A stretch of 64,000 nt of DNA from Anthoceros angustus. Its lineage: Eukaryota; Plantae; Anthocerotophyta. The position numbers were made by a program, and so were the translations under genes. How positions within the stretch are numbered: the first letter of the stretch is position 1; the number at the start of each line of letters is the position of its first letter. The notes beneath the pieces are model-generated. The model was not told the origin of the DNA and searched no databases. It saw nothing but the letters and a program-made list of their open reading frames with translations. The stretch is from assembly GCA_010909165.1 (NCBI GenBank), contig VJWM01000007.1, positions 496,001-560,000 of the forward strand. Direction: 5' to 3'. Of the stretch, positions 1-12,271 are shown piece by piece.

Positions 1-737
1 GCTTGACATCTTGACACAATAAAGCTCAATAAAGTGGAGCCATGGCAAACCCTCAAGGATGGTATTCCGAATCACGGGGAGGCTCTCTTCCCCATGTTTC
101 AAATCTCATACCCTAAACTTATCCATATTTTACCTTCCATCACCCGTACAAATGGCATTCATTATGGGTATTATTTAGAAAACTACTTGACCATGGAAGT
201 CAATGACCATCGCCGGACAGTAGAACACATCCGGATACGCTTAGGGCCGTATCTTAGACCCTATTTTTCCAAAAATTGGCGTTACCATAACGTGCAAAAC
301 CCCATTTCACTGCCCATCGAGAAGCCCCTTCGCCGTATATGTACCCTATAAGCCCCTTCTTGTATATTGAGCCGCTTCAAATATTAGCGTGTTTTTGTAC
401 CTTAAGGATAAATGGAGCCCCCGATAAAAATGCTGATCTTATTGCTTCTATTGACTTATATTGCCATCATAACGATTTGTATGAATGAAGTTTGGCCAAC
501 AAAGTCAGTTTACTCATATTGGGAAAGCTTTGAAGAGAAGGAAAATTTTAAATGAGCATGAGAAAGAGATTTCTAGGTTATGCAAGCATCTCGATGTATG
601 TTTGCACAAATTTCAGACCATATCGGCAACAAACTAGATTTCCTGACGTCAAGATAGTGGTTGGTGGGTGAAGAAAAGAAGTAATGCATGGTTTTAGCAA
701 TTTTGGACTTCGAGGTTGCGGACTCACTAGTAGGCTG

Positions 738-940
738 TAATGTGATTGCGGATCGCGAGGGGCACGAGAGGGTGAGAGAGAGCGGCGGTGCTAGCATGCA
801 CGCGAAGGAAGAATAAAAGCAGTTATAAATTTCACGGGAAATCCAAAGATATATACAAAGCTTGTGTAGGTGGTTATAATTGTTCATAAAACCACAAACA
901 CTTAGTCAACCTAACTTAAGGTGACTTAACTATTTCATTA
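738..940 (-). repeat. 3' LTR of the Copia element (203 bp)
   Basis: Direct repeat of 12732-12932. By eye it differs by 3 transitions and a 2-bp GA indel. Ends are TAATG...CATTA. Confidence 0.95.
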
Positions 941-949
941 CTCCCTCTT
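941..949 (-). other. Polypurine tract
   Basis: AAGAGGGAG on the minus strand directly abuts the 3' LTR. Confidence 0.8.
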
Positions 950-1156
950 GGTTGCAATTAACAGATTTAAAAGTATATAAGAAATACAAAACCCCTAGAA
1001 CGGGTTCATATACAGACAGAACTCCAACAAAACACTTGAGTAGGATACGGGCTAAGTTGTTACGCCCAAATCCCCGTGTCCTCCGCTCACGCTCAAGCCC
1101 AGTCCTTGCGCTCATCCAGCTCACATCTTACGCTCCCTCTTGCTCCTGATAAAGCC

Positions 1157-1939
1157 ATGGCGCTCCCACTGGGAGTCCATTGGCCGCCTCTCCCTCTTTG
1201 CTTTCTTTGCTGCTTCCAGTTCGATATCACCATCTTGGCTCTCTGGCTGTTGAGGTGTAAGCACTGCTGTCTGCTGATGGAGCCTCCCACAGAGCATGTC
1301 CTCAGAGGTGTGGAGTGCCTCCATTGTGGCAGGGAATGGGTCCCTGCATCCAAGTTCTCTAGCAGACAGTGGGTTCTTCACCAGAAGATCTGTGAGTACC
1401 ACCCTAGTGACATCGACGCACCCAAGACGAAGGAGCAGCAGGCTCAAAAGGAATGGGCGAGAGTATACCTGAAAACCCTCACCCCTATAGGAGACAAGGC
1501 ACAACCTTACGACACTTCACCACTGGTATCCTTTGAGGGCAAATTGTCAAGGAGTGAGTATCAGGCTGCAATGATGAAAGCCAGGCCAGAAGAAAAGGGG
1601 GAGCTGGACTACTACTACAAATACCACATTTTCTGGGGATCAGAGAAACACCTGAGTAAGGAGGAGCAACAGATTCTGATGCGTGTGACTAACATACCTG
1701 GTTCAAGTGCTGAAGCTCCCTCTGCTGGCGATAAAGGGAAAAAGAGGAGATACGACGACCCTAACGATGAAGGACAGGCGCTTACATGTACGTGACTCCT
1801 TGCCTGAAGTTGCCTTACCTGAACACCTGCAGCCCTCCTGGATGAACTGAAGAAGATAGACCAATTGCTGCAGTGTCTGAAGAAGAAGATTAAGGACAAG
1901 GGATACCACATCAATCTATCAGCATGCTGCGAAGACTAG
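1157..1939 (+). CDS. Extra antisense gene inside the Copia element (Cys/His zinc-finger-like N half, coiled-coil C end); probable 45-nt intron at 1788-1832
   Basis: TATATAA at 974-980 and a strong start context (aaagccATGG). The ORF is open to 1795. Removing GTACGT...CTGCAG, which contains 3 in-frame stops, joins it in frame to SLLDELKKIDQLLQCLKKKIKDK...CCED*. Confidence 0.55.
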
Positions 1940-1943
1940 CAGG

Positions 1944-3424
1944 CTAGTGGGCAGTTCCTAGCTTTTGTGTAAGAGAGATTTGGCTAAGCCCTGCTGCAGT
2001 TACATGCTTAGTGTGCAGCAATTTTGGCAATGACTTAGTCAATACATCAACTACATTATCCCCAGTAGGCAGATAGCGAACATCAACCTCACCTGTGTCA
2101 TAAGCTTGCCTGATGAAATGGTGAGTGATCTCAATGTGCTTAGAACGGGCGTGAAAAACTGGATTCTTTGTAAGTGCAATAGCCGACTGATTGTCACACC
2201 ATAATCTTGTGGCACCTGCTGGCAACTGCTGAAGGCCTCGAAGGAAAGAACGAATCCAAATGACCTCACGGGCAGCTTGAGATAGAGCTCCGTACTCAGC
2301 TTCAGTAGAGGATAAGCAGATGGTCGTAAGCTTCTTACTCGACCAGGATACCACTGCACCTCCCAAAATATTGCAATAAGCTGCTATGCTTCATCGTGAA
2401 TCGAGGTCACACCTTGATCGGTATGTGATAGCTAACAAGCTCGATCCAGCAGTTGCTTAGTATACTTCAAACCAAGTCGGGGTGTGCCCTTAAGATACCG
2501 AATATCCTCTTCACGACTGACCAATGCACTTCACCCGGATTTTCTAAGAACTGCGAAACATTGCTAACTGCCCTTGAAATATCTAGCCTAGTCCAAGCAG
2601 CTAAATACAAAAGGCTACCAACTGCCTGCCTGTAGGGACGAGTAGCCATCAAATCCTTCTCTTCCTGAGTAGTGGGACAATCCTTCTTGGATAACTTCTC
2701 ACTGGTGGACATGGGTGTTGAAACAGGACGGGCCTCTCCCATGTTGAAGCAGCGCAATAGGCATTGTGTCACAAAATGCTCTGATGCGGCTCAAGCAGTG
2801 TACATCCTCGGAAGCGAAAGCCCCGAACACCGAGGAAAAACTAAAGTCATCCAGATCAGTCATGTCAAAATGTGAAAGGAGGGCACTTTTAATCCTAGCC
2901 ATCAAAACAAGAGAAGTGCTAAAGAGAAAATTGTCGTCCACATAACCCGACAGGATAAGGAAGTCATCTCCGTCCCAATGTATGTAAACAGTGTTGTCAG
3001 CATCCAAACAAGTAAATCCTAACTCAATCAATAATGCGTGAAACGTCTCATTCCAAGCTCGACTAGATTGTTTGAGACCATATAACGTTTTAAGTAACAA
3101 GCATACTTTCTCCTCATCAATGACAAATCCTTCGGGCTGCTGCATATAGATTTCCTCTTCTAAAGTACCATTAAGGAAGGCAGTTTTTACATCAAGTTGG
3201 TGGACATGCAAACCATAATGAGCAGCCAGAGATAACAATATCCTAACAGAAGTGAATTTAACCACAGGAGCAAAGGTTTCATTATAATCTAGGCCAGCAA
3301 CCTGACTGTAACCCTTTGCCACAAGTCTGGATTTGTAACGACCCACACTTCCATCTGTGTTGAGTTTCTTCTTGAAAACCCACTTGCAGGAAACTGGCTT
3401 CCGACCTTCAGGCAAATCAACAAA
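1944..3424 (-). pseudogene. Copia pol: reverse transcriptase and RNase H (frameshifted)
   Basis: Motifs VDLPEGRKPVSCKWVF, YKSRLVAKGYSQ, LYGLKQSSRAWN, YRQAVGSLLY and WSSKKLTTICLSSTEAEY are spread over several frames. Confidence 0.95.
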
Positions 3425-5414
3425 GGGCGTGGAGGCTACCCCACAGCTAAGCAACCGAACTTGCAAAGGAAAATCTTCACTTGTCATTGGTGCAAGATTC
3501 CTGGTCGCTTTGAGAAAGACTGTCGGAAGAAGCGTGATGGGGAGCCTCGTAAGGAAGGGACTTCTCATGAGTCAAACTTGACCACATCGAAGTCTCCAAC
3601 CACGGCTAAGTCCCCTTCCATTTTAGCAGTCTGTCTATCTTCTGTGCAAATTCAGGCTGATATGTGGTTTTTGGACTCTGGTGCCACAAGTCACATCTGC
3701 TATGATAGGAGAGCTTTTAGCAACTTTGCCTCTACTCCTGACAGTCTGCAGTTTGTTTTGCTAGGGGACGACAGTGGTCTGGCCATCAAAGGTTCAGGTT
3801 CAGTCACCATCGAGTTGCCTAATTCTGAGGTCATGACCTTGTCAGTTGTGCTTTATGTTCCAGCCATGACCAAGAACCTCATGTCGGTCATGAAGTTAGC
3901 AGAAGAGCACTCTTGTCGTATCTGCTTTGATGACACGGGTTGCTCAATATCTCGCATACCTGGTTGGGATGACATTTTTTCAGGCACTCCCTTTAATGAT
4001 CTATACCTCTTGAATGTGAGAACTTTACCACACCAGCCCACTGTCCATGTTAGTCAGTCCCCTTTTTTATCTCCAACTCAACTGTGGCACTGTCGCCTTG
4101 GCCATGTCAACTTCCAGAGGCTTTCAACCTTGGTTAACAACACTGTTTTTCGTGATCAGTTGTCTTTTCCCTTTAATAGGCAAGCCTTTTGTGACTCCTG
4201 CCAGGTTAGCAAGGCTATTTCCCAGCCCTTCCGAGATCAGAACCTGTCACGAGCCACTTCCCTCTTACATACAGTCCATAGTGATTTATGTGGTCCAATG
4301 TCCACAGTGTCTTTCGGAGGTGCCCTTTACTTTCTTACCTTCATCGATGAATGGAGTCGTTATTGTTCAGTCTATGTGCTGCATAGCAAGAGCGACACCT
4401 TCACCTGTTTTCAAGACTATGTGGCCATGGCACAACGACAGACAGGCTGCACGCTTAAGATATTTCGATCCGACAATGGAGGGGAGTACATCAGTCATGC
4501 CTTCTCCGATTTTTGCTCGACAGAGGGAGTTATTCATCAATTCACGGTTCCTTATACCCCTGCTCAGAATTCCTTTGCTGAACGCAAGAATAGGACACTC
4601 CATGAAGCCACTCTTTCTAGCTTATCTTTTGCTGGTTTGACTCGTGGATATTGGGCAGAGGCATTAGTGGCCGCCAACTATGTACAGAATCGGCTTCCCA
4701 CTAAGGAACTTGGTCTCATCACACATTACGAAAGGTGGACAGGCAAGAAACTCCGTATCACTCTTTTGCGGATTTTGGCGATCTGCATATATAGTTCCCT
4801 CTCAATTCTTGAACTGGATCCCAAAGCGGGTTTTGGCATATTGTGGGTTATCACGAGAAGATGTGAAGGGTTACAAGCTCTTTGACCCGAGTACCCGTCA
4901 GCTTTCCTATTCTCGTAGTGTCATTCTTCATGAGCATGCCTTGTTACGACGTCTTTCCCCCTCTTCTGTCCTGCCACTTGCCACCATACAAGGTGTTGAT
5001 GATGAGCTCGATTTTTCCACTGACACGGACACTGATGTTGCCATCTTTGATTTTGATGATCTCACTGTAGGTCCTACTCCTTCAGCTTCACGGTGGCAAA
5101 ACATACAGTCACCCTCCAGCAACAGTCACACTGATGTCACCCACAGTTCAGATGAGTTACCTGTACCCTGTTCTCCTATTTCTCTTGCTGATCCTGTGAC
5201 TGTTGTTGAACCTGGAGTAGTAGACCCTCCAGTAGATTTTCTGGTAGATTTACCTCCTACCGTTGCTGAGCCCGATCCTCCTACCTCTGTCGATGATCAG
5301 CCATCTTCCCCAGTCCTTCGTAGGTCTTCTCGTCATCGTCCCCCAAGGCATGAATGGAAAGAACCCCCTTTTGTAGCAGGCATAGCTTCCTGTGGAAGAC
5401 CACATATACACTAA
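3425..5414 (+). pseudogene. Copia gag zinc knuckle, protease, GAG-pre-integrase and integrase, inverted relative to the element
   Basis: CHWCKIPGRFEKDC (knuckle with H->R), WFLDSGAT, LWHCRLGH...CDSC, SDLCG, SDNGGEY, AERKNRTL. Confidence 0.93.
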
Positions 5415-8400
5415 CCCCTCTCTGAAGTGTCGGGATGAACGATTTTTTTTGTTTTGGGAGTGTTTGTATAGCAAGGTGCTTTGAGAATCGCCTGGGTAAG
5501 GTCTTTTATACGAGAATGGTCTTTGGCCCTTGGGATAATAATTTTCTTTTTTTTGAACCTTAGGTTTTTCGACCCCGGATAGGTAGGTCGGAGATAGAGT
5601 CCTTGGGTTTTGGTGATTTTAGAAATAAGAAAGTGTCTATATATGTTAGGGGTGCCTACACACCACGATTCTTGATCAAGCGGGGAGGTAGCAGTTCCAC
5701 CACGGTGGCGAAGCAGGCGTCTGAGACCGGGGAGTTTACAACCCTAGTGGCGGAGGCGCTGCAGGCCGACGGAGGCGCCGAGGCAGGACACACCCGGCCG
5801 CGAGGTCGCGATTTCGAGGCCGGGCGTCGGGCGGGCTGCGGCAGCGCCGCAGCGCTGGCGGAGCCTCTGTTTTGTCACGGGTTGGACGAGCGCGTCGATC
5901 GAGCGGCAGGTGGCGCGGAGAGAACCAGGCGTGGCGGTAGCGAAGGAGGAAAAGAGACGCCGAGGCAAGAGCGCCAGAGCAAGTGGAGGAGAGGCGGTGG
6001 TGTTCCCTTTTACCAGCGTTTGCGGGAGGGTTGGGTTCTTTTCTGAAGAAACAAGGAGAAAGGAGATGGCGCGCTGCGGCCGAAATTCCACCATCACGGT
6101 GGCCCAACATGGACCCTTTGGAAGGTGAGGCAGGCACTGGTCGAGGGGCTGTGGAATTTATGGAGATGAAATGGTGTTCTGACAACATTGGTGCAAGAGT
6201 GCGCCTGCAATTGAGAACCAAGTTGCAAGAGGAGGCGAGGAAGAGGCCAAAGCGGGATTTGGGACTCTTTCGAGCGATGTATGGCGAAGCATCGGAGGAT
6301 GGAAGCTTGGTAATTGACCCCGGAGAAAGAAGACCACGAGGCTGCGGTGCGCTCATGAAACTGGAGAAGTGAGAGTGAACAATGGATGGGTGACTCGCCA
6401 ACTCGTGTCTGCGGTGGTGGGATTAGCCAAGTGGATTTTGTGTTTCTGAGAATCGGAAGTTGGATCATATGGCGGACCACTTCGGTCTTTCTTCATGAGG
6501 TGGTTAAAGGTACACAAATCGATTGAGGCGGATGATCTTTGAAAGAGCATGAGGAGGCGAATTTGCTCTCCCTTCCCTCGACCCTCCTTGATTTCACCTT
6601 TTCTAATTCATGTGTTCGCGCATTGGTGTCTAACGGAGTTGGGCGTATACGCCCTTCATAGGCTGGAAAGCCGGTCGGGGAACTCAAGGTAGAGGAGGAG
6701 GAGTGTAAGGAAGATTAGGGAAGGATTCGGGTTGGGAATCGCCTCCCTAGAAGATTCGGATGAAGGTGGGGAGGTTTCAAGGGCAAGAAGCGGGCGGCGG
6801 CAGTGAGCAGGGGTCGAAGAAGGGAAGGCGCAGCGGAAGAGGAACCCTGACCACACCTAGGGTCACCAGTCGAAATCGGCGGCGAGGAGCGAGTGAAGGA
6901 GGAGAAAATAAAGGAAGCGACAAGTTGTGCCCCTCAGTGCGGGGAGGAGTCGCCGCTAGGAGAGATTGGAGGCGGATGAGGAAGTTGTGGCAAACCAACC
7001 CCTAGAAGAAGAGGGGTTAGTTTCGATAGCCAAGTCCATGACAGACTCGGAACATTTTGGCGACATTTCACCCGTCCGGTGAAGTGGAGCAGTGACACCG
7101 CTCGCGTCACGAATTGTGGAAGGGAATGGGCAGGGCAGCCCAATTCGAATCTGCGAGGCCACGACTTGGCCATGGCTCGAGGCAGGCGGATCTCCTCGAC
7201 CAGGCACCATGGCTCTCACAGAGTGTCAGGCCAGGAAAAGTTGCTCAAGGAGAAGTTGGAGGCACAGGCGAGAACAAGGTGGCGGAGGCCTTGAGGGGAA
7301 TGGCGGCCCTATGCAAGGCAGAGGCGGCTAAGGCCATGTCCACCCAGCAGGAGGCCTTAGTGAATCAGTCAAGGCGCATGCCACAATCGAGGAGCTTCAA
7401 GATGAGGTCTCATGAGCCGGGAACAAATGGAAACAATGGCGCCTCTGGAGAAATTCAAGAAGTGGCGGAGAGATATAGCGAGAGAGATGAAGCTAGGGCC
7501 GAGTCAAGAGAGAGGTGGCCAAAGCAGAAGGCGAGCCACGGCAACGCGATGGCAGAAGCCACCACCGTGGAAACTACCACCACGGTGGCTAAAGCCACCG
7601 TCGCGGAAGGAGGAACCGAGGTGGGGAAGTCAGCAGGCGCTGCAGTGGGGATCGATCCCCATTCGGAAGCGGCCCGGGATTGTCCACAGGAGAGGTAAGA
7701 ACCTCTGTCGAAGGCGTATTGTGCCTGCGTCTGGATGAGGATGCTCATGTCACAGCCACTGCATGGTGGCGGGTGCTCACTCTAAATGTGTATGTGGTTG
7801 TTGGGGCGGGGAGAGGCGAAACTATTGGTGCACATCTTGACCGCCACAGGCGTTTACGATGGTTCTTCGAGCAGGGCGGGGCCTACCCCCAAGTGGTGAT
7901 CGAGGAAATGGCGGCGGAGGCGTGGAGGGAGGAGCACAGTGTGGCTGTCCGGCGATGAGGCGGAATAACGAGGCATAGGGCCTATAGGCAGCGCCCATGG
8001 GAAGGCGAAAAGCTGCGAGCGGTGGCGAGGTGGAGGTTTTGGGGAGAATCGCTCGGATCGGGCGTGGCGGGAGGCGAGGCGGCAGGAACCCCACCGGCCG
8101 AGGCTAAGGCGGCCAGCGCCAGCTGATTTTAGGAGCGACATCATAGGCCGAGGCTTCTTTTGGGGTAGGGGATAGGATGTTTTGAGGACGTGGTAGTTTC
8201 TGAATTGGTAGGGCGCTCGTGGTAGTGGGCCATATTTTCTGAACCTTTGGTAGGAGTGGTGGAAATCCACGGTGAATGTATAAGAGACCCTTGAGAGTCT
8301 CTCTTAACAGACAATTTCAGGTGTGAACTTCCGTGTGTTGAAGCTATGCGCGAGGTTGGTTGGAGACGTCTGATCAGCATCAAACTCGTTCGATGCACCG

Positions 8401-9133
8401 CCTTCTCGTCACAAGAAGGCCGGGAAGATCCCTGGATGGTCGAGGCGGTGGCCAAGCTCCACGCCTGGGTGACGGAAGGCCGCCGGAAAAGAGGTAGGAA
8501 TTGCGGAAGGCGGAGGCTGGGAAGGCGATCGCCAAGCAACCGGGTTTTCTTTCACGATCCTCTTTCCCAAGCTGCGCCACAGTGTTTTATTCCAAAGGAG
8601 TCTGTGGCCCAAGGAGTCATGTGGCCCAAGGAGGTCTGTGTGGCCCAAGGAGTCATGTGGCCCAGGAGGTCTGTGTGGCCCGTGAGGCGAGGAGAGTTCA
8701 TTAGGAAGGAAAGGTTCGAAGGGTAGATGAGTCTGTGAGTGAGGGATTGTGAGTGTGTGTGAGGAAAATCGAAATCGTGGGGGAGTGGAAGCGTGCGGTG
8801 GGATCGCAGAAATTCCTAGAGTAAGTGAGGTGTATATAGGTGTTGTATGTCCATAGCCCCAAGGTGCTGAGGCCGGTGACAAATAGACCCCCATGACAGG
8901 CGGCGTGGTGGGACCCGCCACGGTGGTGAACCGACCTGCGGTGGCCGAGTCTACCGGTGGTGGGTTTGGGTAGGTAGGCGGATAAGGTGGGGTAGTGAGC
9001 GGGGGTAGGTCTAGAATCCATAGATTCAGAACACCTTGACACAAAACCATTCCCTTGGGATCGAATCCTAGGACTATAACGACATAGAGGGTAAATGTGG
9101 CCTCTTTGCGTCTTCGGATGCAAAAAAAAAAAA
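5415..9133. mobile_element. Unclassified ~3.7-kb insertion nested in the Copia INT-RT linker
   Basis: Separates the linker ending PFVAGIASC (about 5390) from HEPLTYLEA...EWKESI (about 9177). It is G-rich on the plus strand, contains fragmented coiled-coil ORFs and ends in an A12 run. No LTR, TIR or TSD was found; boundaries are approximate. Confidence 0.5.
8603..8680. repeat. Minisatellite with TGTGGCCCAAGGAG core (alternating 17/19-bp units)
   Basis: Tandem tgtggcccaaggagtca / tgtggcccaaggaggtctg units are directly visible. Confidence 0.85.
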
Positions 9134-9447
9134 CCCATTCCACACTTCCACACCTCCTAAACCCAACTTCAACACTCATGAGCCTTTGACCTACCTAGAA
9201 GCCATTCTTTTGGTCGAGGCGAGAGTGGAAGGAGTCCATTCCGATCGAATCATTCCTCGCAACTAATGGCACCACGACAACGTCCTCGAAAACTCGCTCT
9301 GCCTCGAACAGAAAACAAAACTGTGGAGTGCTGCTGTGATTCCCCTTTGACTCCTTTGTGGAAACCCTTGGTGCATTCCTCCGCTAAAAGAGCTCCAATC
9401 AGTTCATCCAGGGTTATACCAGGCTGGCCTCCAGCTGCTGCAGACGA

Positions 9448-11675
9448 GGCTCGAGCAAACTGCGAGCTCATAAAGTGGCTGTAGCTTGGGGGTAAAGAAG
9501 CCAACAGACACGTTCCTGCTTGTCCTTCCGTAAGAATAGTACCACAATATGCCAAAGTTGCACGTGCAGTTCTGAAACGATTGATGTAGGACTCGACAGA
9601 GTCACTATCCTTCATTCTCATGCCATAAAAGTCCCTGTGTGCAAAGACTTGGGAAGCATTGCTCTTATCCTTGTAAATCTGGGCAAAAGCATGCCACAGT
9701 GCGGAGGTGTCGGCACCAAGAGTGTGAGGCATCATATTTCTGTCCAGTGAGGCAATGAGAATAGAATGTGCTCTCTGTCCTTCGTTTCCGATCGAGCGTC
9801 GTGACATTAGTTCTTTATTCTGAGGCATCTCACACTCCCATCCACCACGGACATAAGCTCATTTTCCTCAAAGATTTGTGTCAACCTTAGTGACCATGTG
9901 TTATAGTCGTTCCCATTGAAGCGATCCTTGTCCACAATTCAATCTTGAATTTGGTTGAGAAGATGCCGCCATGGTTGATGTGGATGCCCGTTGGGCGGTG
10001 TGGTTGTTGTTGAGGCGACAATGCAGTGATTGTGATAGCTATGTCGTATGGTGATCCGGCCGAGATGAGGGGTTCTCTGCGAGTCTGCTGCGCGGTGATC
10101 TTCTAACTCCTCTTGAGGTGTTGCCTCGGAATTGTATAAGCGAATGCTTCCGTGGTCTCCCTCCCGGCGCCACCGGTTTGATCTCGGCTCGAGCAAGCTG
10201 CGAGCTCATAAAAGTGGGCGTAGCTTGGGGTAAAGCCAGCAGACACGTTCACCTTGTCCTTGGTAAGAATAGTACCACAATATGCCAAAGTTGCACGTGC
10301 AGTTCTGAAACGATTGATGTAGGACTCGACAGAGTCACTATCCTTCATTCTCATGCCATAAAAGTCCCTGTGTGCAAAGACTTGGGAAGCATTGCTCTTA
10401 TCCTTGTAAATCTGGGCAAAACTGTGCCACACAGCTGCAGAGGTGTCAGCACCAAGAGTGTGAGGCATCATATTTCTGTCCAGTGAGGCAATGAGAATAG
10501 AATGTGCTCTCTCCTTCGTTTCCGATCGAGCGTCGTGACATTAGTTCTTTATTCTGACGGGGCATCTCACACTCCCATCCACCACGGACATAAGCTCATT
10601 TTCCTCAAAGATTTGTGTCAACCTTAGTGACCATGTGTTATAGTCGTTCCCATTGAAGCGATCCTTGTCCACAATTCAATCTTGAATTTGGTTGAGAAGA
10701 TGCCGCCATGGTTGATGTGGATGCCCGTTGGGCGGTGTGGTTGTTGTTGAGGCGACAATGCAGTGATTGTGATAGCTATGTCGTATGGTGATCCGGCCGA
10801 GATGAGGGGTTCTCTGCGAGTCTGCTGCGCGGTGATCTTCTAACTCCTCTTGAGGTGTTGCCTCGGAATTGTATAAGCGAATGCTTCCGTGGTCTCCCTC
10901 CCGGCGCCACCGGTTTGATCTCGGCTCGAGCAAGCTGCGAGCTCATAAAAGTGGGCGTAGCTTGGGGTAAAGCCAGCAGACACGTTCACCTTGTCCTTGG
11001 TAAGAATAGTACCACAATATGCCAAAGTTGCGTGCGGTTAAGCGATTGATGTAGGACTCGACAGAGTCACTATCCTTCATTCTCATGCCATAAAAGTCCC
11101 TGTGTGCAAAGACTTGGGAAGCATTGCTCTTATCCTTGTAAATCTGGGCAAAAGCATGCCACACAGTGCAGGTGTCGGCACCAGAGTGTGAGGCATCATA
11201 TTTACATCGGTGAGGCAATGAGAATAGAATGTGCTCTCTCCTTCGTTTCCGATCGAGCGTCGTGACATTAGTTCTTTATTCTGACGGGGCATCTCACACT
11301 CCCATCCACCACGGACATAAGCTCATTTTCCTCAAAGATTTGTGTCAACCTTAGTGACCATGTGTTATAGTCGTTCCCATTGAAACGATCCTTGTCCCTG
11401 AATTCAATCTTCAGGGCTGGTTGAGGAAGTGCCGCCATGGTTGATGTGGATGCCCCCGTTGGGCCGGCTGTGGTTGTTGTTGAGGCAGCGACAATGCCAG
11501 CAGTTGTGATGGCTATGTCGTATGAACTGATCCAGCCGAGATGAGGGGTTCTCTGCGAGTCTGCTGCGCAGGCTGATCTTCTAACTCCTCTTCAGGGTGT
11601 TGCCTCCGGGAATTGTATAAGCCGAATGCTTCCCGTGGTCTCCCCTCCCGAGCGCCACCAGTTTGATCTCGGCTC
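9448..11675. repeat. Three tandem copies of a ~740-bp gag segment
   Basis: The junction word GGCTC recurs at 9448, 10186, 10923 and 11671. Copies differ mainly by 1-3-bp indels. Confidence 0.9.
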
Positions 11676-12271
11676 AGGCCAAAATCGAAATTGAAAGGTG
11701 TACGCTGTATAGGCGGTGGCTGAAAGAAGGGCTGCTGCTCAGCGCCTTCGTCACTTGTCTGGTAGGGTGCCTCCTCCTCGTCAGGATGCACTATGCCACC
11801 AGCATCAAGATCAAAATCATCGTCAGATGGAGCCGCTCTCCTGACGGCATGACATGAGGCGAACAAGTTGTCGATGTCACCCGCGGCGGCGACAATGCAG
11901 TGATTGTGATAGCTATAAATGGCCCGTCGGCCGAGATGAGGGTTCTGCGAGTCTGCTGCGGTGATCTTCTAACTCCTCTTGAGGTGTTGCCTCAAAATTG
12001 TATAAGCCGAATGCTTCCCGTGGTCTCCCCTCCCGAGCGCCACCAGTTTGATCTCGGCTCAGGCCAAAATCGAAATTGAAAGGTGTCTGTTGTATAGGCG
12101 GTGGGCGAAAGAAAGTGCTCGGCGCCGTCACTTATGCAGTAGGGTGCCTCCTCCTCGTCAGGATGCACTATGCCACCAGCATCAAGATCAAAATCATCGT
12201 CAGATGGAGCCGCGGTGTCTCACGCGACATGACGCCAGGCGAACAAGTTGTCGATGTCTGCCGTGGCGACA
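11485..12271. repeat. Two tandem copies of a ~390-bp gag-upstream segment
   Basis: GGCGACA at the junction (11888) and at the end (12265). 11660-11880 is repeated at about 12050-12270. Confidence 0.8.

Noticed and set aside
34-351. 105-aa plus-strand ORF at the window start
   Set aside because: No recognisable motif or splice context; probably repeat-derived DNA.
573-887. ORFs starting MNNYNHLHKL and MNSYNHLHKL (also 12220-12879)
   Set aside because: The shared N-terminus is just a translation of the LTR.
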